In this document: positions 1 through 7,367 of the stretch, piece after piece
Numbering within the stretch: the first letter of the stretch is position 1
How the letters are laid out: each line of letters starts with the position of its first letter
Notes under the pieces: generated by a model
The model's database searches: none
What the model saw: the letters and a program-made list of their open reading frames with translations, nothing else
What the model was told of the DNA's origin: nothing
Position numbers and translations under genes: made by a program
IMG/VR virus record: IMGVR_UViG_3300017911_001503
Coordinates: 1-44,206 of that record
Strand: one strand, 5' to 3'
DNA length: 44,206 bases
DNA from: a virus
Taxonomy: Duplodnaviria; Caudoviricetes

Positions 1-141
1 AAAGTGCCCCTGATCGGCTCCGCAGAGTTCGGATCGTCTTGGGCCGACACTCACTGATATGACCAACGTACTCATCGACGCTGACGAACTGATTTACAAG
101 GCTTGCGCTGCTGCCGAGTTCGACTTGGAGATCAACGGCTT
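1..141. repeat. Terminal direct repeat (identical to 44066-44206); assembly circularisation overlap
   Basis: Exact 141-nt identity of both window ends; it cuts through the DNA pol/exonuclease junction, so it is not a biological terminal repeat. Confidence 0.95.
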
Positions 142-802
142 TCACGTCCTTGCTTCCGAGTTCGCTACGACGCAGAGGATCTTCTGCGACCAAGAGGCCA
201 AGATCTGCGAGGCCCTCGGCGCCTCTGAAGTGGTCATGGCCCTGTCCGATAAGCAGAACTTCCGCAAGGAGATCCTGCTGAGCTACAAGGCGAACCGCAG
301 TCACCGCAAGCCGCTCGCCTTCGGTCGTCTGCGCCAGTGGGTGGTGGACGAGTACCAGACGATCCAGCGGCCCGCGCTTGAGGCCGACGACATCCTCGGC
401 ATCTTCCACCGGGACTTCGAGTACATCGCATCGTCCGACAAGGACCTGCTGACGATCCCGACCAAGGTCTACTCGCTGCACACTGACAAGATCAGCGACG
501 TGTCCGAGGCTGAGGCCAACTGGAACTGGCTGCTTCAGACGCTCGTGGGCGACCGCGTGGACGGCTACGCAGGCTGTCTGGGTGCCGGGCCTGTGAAGGC
601 CCAGACGATCCTGCTGCGGGCCTGCGAGAGCGGCAGGGTGCCCCCTGAGCAGCTTCGGGAGGCGTGGGAAGTGGTCGTAGCGGCCTTCAGGAAGGCGGGC
701 ATGGAGGAAGATGCCCTGCCCAACGCCCGCGTTGCCCGCATTCTGCGGCCCGAGGATTGGGACGAGGAGACCCAGACCCCGATCCTGTGGACCCCGAAAT
801 AG
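59..802 (+). CDS. 5'-3' exonuclease (T7 gp6-like)
   Basis: LIDAD, NFRKEI..SYKANR, LEADDILG, SSDKDL and GDRVDGY motifs; follows DNA polymerase on the circle. Confidence 0.93.
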   Translation: MTNVLIDADELIYKACAAAEFDLEINGFHVLASEFATTQRIFCDQEAKICEALGASEVVMALSDKQNFRKEILLSYKANRSHRKPLAFGRLRQWVVDEYQTIQRPALEADDILGIFHRDFEYIASSDKDLLTIPTKVYSLHTDKISDVSEAEANWNWLLQTLVGDRVDGYAGCLGAGPVKAQTILLRACESGRVPPEQLREAWEVVVAAFRKAGMEEDALPNARVARILRPEDWDEETQTPILWTPK

Positions 803-816
803 GGGGGTCTATAAGA
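796..816 (+). promoter_or_regulatory. Putative phage-RNAP late promoter
   Basis: GAAATAGGGGGGTCTATAAGA; related copies at 26569 and 28981; sits just before the morphogenesis module. Confidence 0.6.
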
Positions 817-825
817 TAAATCCCT

Positions 826-1086
826 ATGGATAGCAAGATTGTAAAGAAGATCGTCGAGGAGGCGTTGGACCGTTTTCCCACCCGGCACGCCTCTGAACGC
901 CTCGACACTATGTCGGATCCGCACGCCCTCCTGCCCGCGATTATGCGCGATGCAGGGCGTCAGGAGGTCCTTGACTACTTTGTGTCGCGGCTGACCGGCG
1001 AGTACGACATCCGTTTCGACGAGCCCCGCGCCGAGCCTGAGCCTGCGGGGCCGATCCCCGTAGACCGCTACCTACAGAACCTCTGA
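826..1086 (+). CDS. Hypothetical protein (gp6.5-like position)
   Basis: 86-aa ORF after the promoter; TGATG-coupled to the next gene. Confidence 0.75.
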   Translation: MDSKIVKKIVEEALDRFPTRHASERLDTMSDPHALLPAIMRDAGRQEVLDYFVSRLTGEYDIRFDEPRAEPEPAGPIPVDRYLQNL

Positions 1087-1271
1087 TGTGCGGAAAGACC
1101 CCCAAGCCTCCCAGCATCCGCGAGATCCCGCCTCCCCCGGCGCCCGCCGAGACCGCCGTTCAGGTCCGGCAGACGATGGAGCAGAGCGAGCAGGCCCAGA
1201 TGGGTGCGGCACGCCAGACGCTACGCCGGTTCGATGTCCGGCTACCCGCGAACTTCCAGATCCCGCGATGA
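1086..1271 (+). CDS. Small virion/assembly protein (gp6.7/gp7.3-like)
   Basis: MCGKTPKPP Pro-rich start, typical of small pre-portal proteins in T7-like phages. Confidence 0.65.
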   Translation: MCGKTPKPPSIREIPPPPAPAETAVQVRQTMEQSEQAQMGAARQTLRRFDVRLPANFQIPR

Positions 1272-1663
1272 AAACCTGCCGGATCTGTCTGGAGCAAAAA
1301 GAGCTAACCGAGTTCCATCGGGATGCCAACAAGCCAGACGGGCGGCGGTCAAACTGCAAAGAGTGTCGAAGAGAAGTCTCTCGCTGGCAGAAGCTCGAAT
1401 CTCGGTACTCCCTCTCACGCGACGCCTTCTATGCCCTCCTTGGAGAGCAGGGAGGGCGTTGTGCTATTTGCCTGAAACACATGCCTAAGGGCACCGCCGT
1501 TGTAGACCACTGCCATGACACTGGCATCGTGCGCGGCCTCCTGTGTGCGCCGTGCAACCTAGGACTCGGTCACTTCAAGGACGGGCGCGAGCCCGAACTC
1601 TTTGACCGCGCCAAGCGGTACATCCAATGCAGAAATCCCTTCAATCCCAGTACCGGCTCCTAG
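1268..1663 (+). CDS. Endonuclease VII-family (His-Me) homing-type endonuclease
   Basis: N-terminal CxxC..CxxC; QGGRCAIC..VVDHCHDTGIVRGLLCAPCNLGLG; ATG at 1268 overlaps upstream stop (ATGA). Confidence 0.9.
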   Translation: MKTCRICLEQKELTEFHRDANKPDGRRSNCKECRREVSRWQKLESRYSLSRDAFYALLGEQGGRCAICLKHMPKGTAVVDHCHDTGIVRGLLCAPCNLGLGHFKDGREPELFDRAKRYIQCRNPFNPSTGS

Positions 1664-3189
1664 AGCAAGCTCGCTGGGAGTTTATCGAGACAGGCCATGC
1701 CTGCTCGGTACTGACGATCCCGTCGGTGCAGCCTCGAGAGAACATGTCTCGCACCGAACTGCCGCAGAACTTCCAGAGCATCGGTGCGCGGGGCGTCAAC
1801 AACCTGAGCAGCAAGCTGATGCTGTCGCTGTTCCCGCCCACGCTGCCGTTCATGCGTCTTGAGCTTTCGCCGGACGCCAAGGCGGCGCTCGTCGAGGAGT
1901 CGGGCGAGGAAGCTTCGCGCGTCATCTCCGAGATTGAAGCCAGTCTGCACCTGCTTGAGCAGCAGGCCCTGTCCGAGTTTGATACCGAGGGCTGGCGCCC
2001 CGCCCTGTCTGAGGCCATGCGCCTGCTGGTCGTCACGGGCAACGCGCTGATCTACGACCGGCCCGGCGGCAAGTCTCCGGTCACGGCGGACCTGCGGCAC
2101 TTCGTGGTCGAGCGGGACCCCGACAACCGCCTCCGCACCGTCATCCTGCGGCAGGGCATTGGCCGAGAGGACGCGGAGCAGCGACTGGGGCACGAACTGT
2201 CCAAGGAGCAACTGGCCGCTACGTCTTATGACGTGGCGATCGAGGGTGGCGTCAACAAGGACGTGCTGGACCTGTACACAGGTGCGCGGCGACTGCCCAA
2301 CGGCAAGTTCGAGTTCTTCCAAGAGATCGCTGGCGAGCCTGTTGCGGGCACGCTACGCGAGGTCAAGCAAGAAGACCTGCCGCTCATGCCCCTCCAGTTC
2401 TGCCCGATCTATGGCTACTCGTATGGCCGTGGGTTCGTCGAAGACGTGCAGGGGGACCTGTTGGTGCTTGAGCAGATCTCCCGCGCTCTCGCAGAGGCCG
2501 CGCTGGTCATGTCGAAGGTCATCTTCCTGACCCGACCCGGCTCTGCCACCAAGCCTGCCGCTATCGCCAAGGCGCCTAACGGCTCTGTGCGCGTGGGTGA
2601 CCCTGAGGACATCGGGGCCGTGCAGGCGAACAAAGGCCAAGACCTGATGGTCGCCTACCAGAAGCAGAACGACATCGCCATGTCGCTCTCCAAAGCGTTC
2701 CTGCTGAACTCGTCTGTGCAACGCGCGGGCGAGCGTGTGACCTCAGAAGAGGTCCGCTTCGTCGCGCAGGAGCTAGAGGACGCACTGGGTAACACCTACG
2801 CCGCGCTGGCTCAGACGGTGCAGCGGCCCATCGTCCAGTACCTGTTCAATCGCATCAAGCGCACGATTCCCGGCATCCCGCCGGAGGTGCAGCCGGTCAT
2901 TGCTACCGGCCTTGAGGCGATCTCCCGTAACCACCAAGCTGTCCGCATCCAGCAGTTCCTAGGCGCACTGCAAGCCAGCGTGCCGCCGGAGCAGCTTGTG
3001 GACTTCATCCGTTTCGACGCGGTTGCTGCCGACATGGCTACCGCGCTCAACCTTCCCAAAGACCAGTACATCCGTACTCCCGAGGAACTTGCCCAGATCA
3101 TGGCGCAGCGCCAACAGCAAGCCGCCGTTGAGGCCCTCGGCCCCGAGATGCTCCGACAAGGGGCGCAGCAGCAACAACCTGAAGCATGA
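1627..3189 (+). CDS. Head-tail connector (portal, gp8-like)
   Basis: FQSIGARGVNNLSSKLMLSLFPP, YGRGFVE, ERVTSEEVR motifs; 520 aa. Confidence 0.97.
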   Translation: MQKSLQSQYRLLEQARWEFIETGHACSVLTIPSVQPRENMSRTELPQNFQSIGARGVNNLSSKLMLSLFPPTLPFMRLELSPDAKAALVEESGEEASRVISEIEASLHLLEQQALSEFDTEGWRPALSEAMRLLVVTGNALIYDRPGGKSPVTADLRHFVVERDPDNRLRTVILRQGIGREDAEQRLGHELSKEQLAATSYDVAIEGGVNKDVLDLYTGARRLPNGKFEFFQEIAGEPVAGTLREVKQEDLPLMPLQFCPIYGYSYGRGFVEDVQGDLLVLEQISRALAEAALVMSKVIFLTRPGSATKPAAIAKAPNGSVRVGDPEDIGAVQANKGQDLMVAYQKQNDIAMSLSKAFLLNSSVQRAGERVTSEEVRFVAQELEDALGNTYAALAQTVQRPIVQYLFNRIKRTIPGIPPEVQPVIATGLEAISRNHQAVRIQQFLGALQASVPPEQLVDFIRFDAVAADMATALNLPKDQYIRTPEELAQIMAQRQQQAAVEALGPEMLRQGAQQQQPEA

Positions 3190-4196
3190 CCTCCATCTCT
3201 CTTAGCATTCGCACGACCGACGACACGGTCACCCTTGAGGACGGTGTGAAGCCGGTGTTCATCTGGACGGGCGACTCCGTCATGATGGGCGCGAGCAGCG
3301 AAGGCGCGGGTAGCCGGGCCAAGTGGACTACTCTTCCTGGCATCGAGTTTCCGCAAGCTCCTGAAGAGCGCAGGGTCTACGGGTACTACTGGGACCGCTG
3401 GCAGGACGTGAGCGGCAACACGCTGGACAACACGAACCGCACCACGACGACGGGTACTGGTTTTGTCTGGCAACAACTGCATCCGCTTGTCGGCGGCATC
3501 GCGAGCGGCGACTACACCACGGTCGACGGGCCTGACAACCAACTCCACCCTGTCTGGTTCTTTGCCAAGTCCATCTACGGGATGTTCCGCCGCGCCAGCG
3601 GCGAGATCGTCGAGCCTTACTTCATCCTGTGGAACGCTCCTAACACGGTCTCTGGAGATAACGGGTTCACTGTTCCCCAACAGATCTCCTGGGAGCCCGG
3701 AGTTGGCACCCCCGCCACCATCTTCGACAATTACATCGTCGAGGCGATCAATGCGATCACGGCTGGCGGCGACACCGCGGCTGTCTGCGGTATGTTCACG
3801 AACATCGGAACGGGCGACATCAACCCCGCTGCGGACCCGATGACCAACAGCACGCCTGACAACCTTGCCGTGATCCGGCGCAACATCGAGGAGCGCCTTG
3901 CCGACGGTCAGGCGTTCCCGTGGGTCCAGCTTCAGGCGTACCAGCCCGCTAACACGACGAGTTACCCGCCCGCGACGGTGCGAGCGCACAAAGCAGAGTT
4001 CATCCGGTTCAAGACTCTTGAGCCGTCTGTGCGACTTGTCGACTGGCACGCCGAGGTGTCCACCCTTGCCGACGGCATCCACCCGGACATTCCGGGCATC
4101 ATCGCCCTTGGCACGCTGCTGGGCACTGAATACAAGAAACACCTCAAGTTTGACGCGGGCGCTGCCGCGCCTCTTGTCTCCACTTCTATCAGCTAA
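3186..4196 (+). CDS. SGNH/GDSL-type hydrolase (putative carbohydrate O-acetylesterase)
   Basis: FIWTGDSVMMG (block I Ser) and DGIHP (block V Asp/His); coupled to the portal stop. Confidence 0.6.
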   Translation: MTSISLSIRTTDDTVTLEDGVKPVFIWTGDSVMMGASSEGAGSRAKWTTLPGIEFPQAPEERRVYGYYWDRWQDVSGNTLDNTNRTTTTGTGFVWQQLHPLVGGIASGDYTTVDGPDNQLHPVWFFAKSIYGMFRRASGEIVEPYFILWNAPNTVSGDNGFTVPQQISWEPGVGTPATIFDNYIVEAINAITAGGDTAAVCGMFTNIGTGDINPAADPMTNSTPDNLAVIRRNIEERLADGQAFPWVQLQAYQPANTTSYPPATVRAHKAEFIRFKTLEPSVRLVDWHAEVSTLADGIHPDIPGIIALGTLLGTEYKKHLKFDAGAAAPLVSTSIS

Positions 4197-4198
4197 AC

Positions 4199-4699
4199 AT
4201 GACCGAAGAAAGTACGAGCCCCGTTGAGCCCACCCCCGCCCCTGCCACGGCCCCTGCGCCGGTCGAGTCGCTGGAGATCCCTGCGGCTTCTGAGGCGGCA
4301 CCTGCTACCGCTGAGGACGTTGCTGCGCTCCAAGCGGAGATCGCCGAGATGCGGCGCCGAGAGGCCGCGCGTCAGGTCACTGAGACGCTTGGGGGCGACG
4401 AGGTCGTCCGTGGCGCCATGCAGTGGGCTCAGCAGAACATGAATCAGGCGCAATTGGACGCGATCAACGCTGATCTCGCCAACTCGTCTGTCGAAGGTCA
4501 GACCGCCATCATGCGCGGCCTGATCGAGCAGTCCGGCGTTGGCGCCGCTGCTTTCGCACAGGGCACCCAGGTTCCGTCCGGCACTGTGCCGTTCGCGTCC
4601 CACGAGCAGATGCTCGAAGCCCAGCGTAGCCCTCAGTACAAGAACGACCCCGCGTACCGCGACGAGTTCATGCGGCGCCTTGCCGTGTCTAACATCTGA
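4199..4699 (+). CDS. Capsid scaffolding protein (gp9-like)
   Basis: Acidic N-terminus; GGDE..AMQWA and PQYKNDPAYRDEFMRRLAVS C-terminus typical of gp9. Confidence 0.9.
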   Translation: MTEESTSPVEPTPAPATAPAPVESLEIPAASEAAPATAEDVAALQAEIAEMRRREAARQVTETLGGDEVVRGAMQWAQQNMNQAQLDAINADLANSSVEGQTAIMRGLIEQSGVGAAAFAQGTQVPSGTVPFASHEQMLEAQRSPQYKNDPAYRDEFMRRLAVSNI

Positions 4700-5058
4700 T
4701 GTTCAAGTACATTCTTCCCCTGCTCCTGCTAGCCCCCCTCTTTGGCTGTGGCGCGTTCTCGACGTTCCAAGCTGAAGTTGAGGGCATCCAGCAGGAAACC
4801 TCGGTCCTGCTTGACGGGGTCGACGACAAGTACACCAGCGGCGAGATCACTGCGGAGGAGCGTGACATACTCATCCGCGAGATCCTCGAGGAAAGCAAAG
4901 CCCGCCTCGACGGCGCTGCTCGAGTTGCTAGTGACGACATGATCTCTACGGGCTCCGAAGCTCTCGATCTGCTCCTCGTGCTGCTGTTTGGCGGCGCTAG
5001 CGGCACGGGCGCTCTGGCCCTGTTCCGCCGTATGCGCGGCGTTCGCCGGGAGGACTGA
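4699..5058 (+). CDS. Lipoprotein with C-terminal transmembrane helix (candidate u-spanin)
   Basis: Signal peptide plus lipobox LFG-C17; C-terminal hydrophobic stretch followed by RRMRGVRR. Confidence 0.6.
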   Translation: MFKYILPLLLLAPLFGCGAFSTFQAEVEGIQQETSVLLDGVDDKYTSGEITAEERDILIREILEESKARLDGAARVASDDMISTGSEALDLLLVLLFGGASGTGALALFRRMRGVRRED

Positions 5059-5059
5059 C

Positions 5060-5311
5060 ATGGTCGAGTACCGCGGTGAAAAGTTCAGCGGCTACAACAA
5101 GCCCAAGCGCACGCCTGGGCACAAGACCAAGAGCCACGCCGTGCTCGCCAAGGAAGGCGACAAGGTCAAGCTCATCCGTTTTGGTCAGCAAGGCGTCAAG
5201 GGCTCTCCTGAGGGCACCAAGCGCAACAAATCATTCAAAGCACGTCATGCCAAGAACATCGCCAAAGGAAAGATGAGCGCGGCATATTGGGCCTCAAAAA
5301 CCAAGTGGTGA
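5060..5311 (+). CDS. Small basic protein common in aquatic phages (putative DNA-binding/virion)
   Basis: YNKPKRTPGHKTKSHAVLAKEGDKVKLIRFGQQG...RH..SAAYW signature; ATG at 5060. Confidence 0.85.
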   Translation: MVEYRGEKFSGYNKPKRTPGHKTKSHAVLAKEGDKVKLIRFGQQGVKGSPEGTKRNKSFKARHAKNIAKGKMSAAYWASKTKW

Positions 5312-5314
5312 TCT

Positions 5315-5473
5315 ATGCCTAAGAAGAAAGGTCTGTACGCCAACATCAACGCCAAGCGTAAGCGCATCAAGGCCGGTAGCGGCGAGAAGATGCGTAAGCC
5401 GGGGAGCAAAGGCGCTCCGACTGACGCAGCCTTCCGCAAGTCTAGGAAGACGGCCAAGAAGAAGACTAAGTAG
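5315..5473 (+). CDS. Small very basic protein (52 aa, not in ORF track)
   Basis: MPKKKGLYANINAKRKRIKAGSGEKMRKPGSKGAPTDAAFRKSRKTAKKKTK, a recognisable marine-phage peptide type. Confidence 0.85.
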   Translation: MPKKKGLYANINAKRKRIKAGSGEKMRKPGSKGAPTDAAFRKSRKTAKKKTK

Positions 5474-5486
5474 CTTGAGCTACTGC

Positions 5487-5660
5487 CTCGGTTCGCTGGG
5501 GCACCCTTACAACCCTTGAGCCATCCGTCAGCCGCAGGCCAGCGCAGGATGCTCAGGGGTGCCGTGTAGGAGAGGAAGCAGCGGCCCACCCAAGGGTGGA
5601 TCAACCGAAGACGCGGGCACTCCAGAATGGCAACCCCTTCTCTTTATCCCTACACCCCCT
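5487..5660 (+). ncRNA. Structured RNA leader upstream of major capsid gene
   Basis: Stems GGCACCC..TGAG.CATCC/GGATGCTCA.GGGTGCC, GTGTAGG/CCTACAC and CCACC-CAAG-GGTGG. Confidence 0.45.
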
Positions 5661-5675
5661 ACCTAACTTTTAGTT

Positions 5676-6701
5676 ATGGCTTATCCCACCGTGGATACTG
5701 TGACTCAGCCGGGCGTCAGGAACCTGACCGGCGCTGAGGACCAGCTTTACCTCACCATGTTCAGTGGTGAGGTCCTCAACATCTTCCGAGACAAGAACGT
5801 GATGATGGAGAAATCCCGCGTCATGCAAGTCGGTCCCGGAAAGGATTTCCAGTTCCCGAAGCTGGGTCAGGCGTCCACCGCCTACCACGTCAAGGGTCAG
5901 TCGCTGCTGAATGACGCTCACAGTTACCTGAGCGACATCGAGCACACCGACACCGTCATTCCGGTTGACAAGATCCTGCTCTCCTCGATCTTCGTCGACA
6001 ACTGGGATGAAATCATTAAACATTATGAGACCCGCTCGGAGTACGCCTACCAGCTTGGCGCGGCCCTCGCCCGCAAGATGGACAAGCAACTCTTCGCGCT
6101 TGCTACCGCCAAGGGTCTTGCTGAGGCTACTCCCGGTGCGTCCTCGGACTTCACCGCGGCCCTCAACACTGACAAGACCAAGGCTTCGCTTATCGACATC
6201 GACGGTGTCAACGATGCGACCGACGCTGGTGTTGCGCTGCTTGAGCAGGGCATGGTCGACGCGGCTGCGGCTTTCGCGGCCAAGGACGTGCCGATGGACG
6301 ATGTGACGTTCTTCGTGCGCCCGGACCAGTACTACCAGCTTCAAAAGCAGGGCGCTCTGCTCAACGTCGACTACGGCAACGCGGGCAACGGCTCCAAGGC
6401 TGGCGGCGCGATCTTCCGCGGCTACGGCTTCAACATCGAGTGGACGAACCACCTTCCGCAGGCCGCTGTCACGGCGGACAACGGCGGCAACTCGGACTAC
6501 GCGACCACGCGCGGTATCACCGCTCTCGCCATGGAGCGCGGCGCCCTCGGCACCGTCATGCGCCAGAGCGTGCAGACCGAGACCGACTACCAAGTCGAGC
6601 GTCAGGGCTCGCTGGTCGTGTCCAAGGTCGTCTGCGGCCACGGGGTCCTTCGCCCCGAGTGCCTTGCTGTCATCTACGACAGCACGATCCCGCAGACCTG
6701 A
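5676..6701 (+). CDS. Major capsid protein (gp10-like)
   Basis: LYLTMFSGEVL, GKDFQFPKLG, YETRSEYAYQLGAALA, GHGVLRPEC motifs. Confidence 0.97.
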   Translation: MAYPTVDTVTQPGVRNLTGAEDQLYLTMFSGEVLNIFRDKNVMMEKSRVMQVGPGKDFQFPKLGQASTAYHVKGQSLLNDAHSYLSDIEHTDTVIPVDKILLSSIFVDNWDEIIKHYETRSEYAYQLGAALARKMDKQLFALATAKGLAEATPGASSDFTAALNTDKTKASLIDIDGVNDATDAGVALLEQGMVDAAAAFAAKDVPMDDVTFFVRPDQYYQLQKQGALLNVDYGNAGNGSKAGGAIFRGYGFNIEWTNHLPQAAVTADNGGNSDYATTRGITALAMERGALGTVMRQSVQTETDYQVERQGSLVVSKVVCGHGVLRPECLAVIYDSTIPQT

Positions 6702-6726
6702 TCCAGTCTCTGAGTAACCACTCACC

Positions 6727-6765
6727 GGGCGGCACCTTCTTCGGAGGGTGTCGCCCACCCTTTTA
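6727..6765 (+). terminator. T-phi-like terminator after capsid gene
   Basis: GGGCGGCACCTTC-TTCG-GAGGGTGTCGCCC 13-bp stem with C(UUCG)G loop, then ACCCTTTT. Confidence 0.75.
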
Positions 6766-6770
6766 TCACC

Positions 6771-7367
6771 ATGACCTTCGACGAGCTTCACGCGGTAAAC
6801 CGCATCCTGGCCGCACAGGGCCTGCCCCCGGTGAATACCATCGAGGGTGACACTTCCAAGAACACGCAGATCGCCCTGTCGATGCTGCGACAAACCTCGG
6901 TTGACGTGCAGTCTGAGGGCTGGGGCTTCAACACCGAGTACGAGTACACGCTGTCCATGGACGCTGCGACGGGTGAGATCAACATCCCGTCCACGATCAC
7001 GCGCTGGTACAGCGACGAAGAGCCTTGGCTCATCCAGCGGGGCACCAAGCTATACAACCGCAAGGACAAGACCTATGTCTTCGACGAAGCGAAGAAGGGT
7101 ACGGTCCAACTGCAACTCGAGTGGGACGAGCTGCCCATCGAGGCCAAGACGTTCATCACTGCCCGCGCTGCCCGTGTCACCTACGAGCAGTACGTCGGCG
7201 CTGACGAGACCCGTCAGAACCTGTACGTCGAAGAGAAGAACGCGCAGATGGTCCTCGACCAGCGCGAGGCGGACACGGCCCATGTGTCCATGCTGAACGA
7301 CCCGTACCTGCCGTGGCTCCGCGGGTCGACGTATGTCCCCGGAAGCCCCCGCTACCCTAACGTCTAA
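6771..7367 (+). CDS. Tail tubular protein A (gp11-like)
   Basis: ELHAVNRILAA.G..PV, VQSEGWGFNTE, WDELP motifs; synteny. Confidence 0.95.
   Translation: MTFDELHAVNRILAAQGLPPVNTIEGDTSKNTQIALSMLRQTSVDVQSEGWGFNTEYEYTLSMDAATGEINIPSTITRWYSDEEPWLIQRGTKLYNRKDKTYVFDEAKKGTVQLQLEWDELPIEAKTFITARAARVTYEQYVGADETRQNLYVEEKNAQMVLDQREADTAHVSMLNDPYLPWLRGSTYVPGSPRYPNV

Noticed and set aside
2811-4301. Long antisense ORFs (496 aa here; also 5670-6893, 30987-32171, 34195-34884, 35893-36582)
   Set aside because: Shadows of GC-rich plus-strand genes; no motifs or initiation context
6660-6770. T7 gp10B-type capsid frameshift extension
   Set aside because: No slippery sequence near the stop, and a terminator hairpin follows immediately
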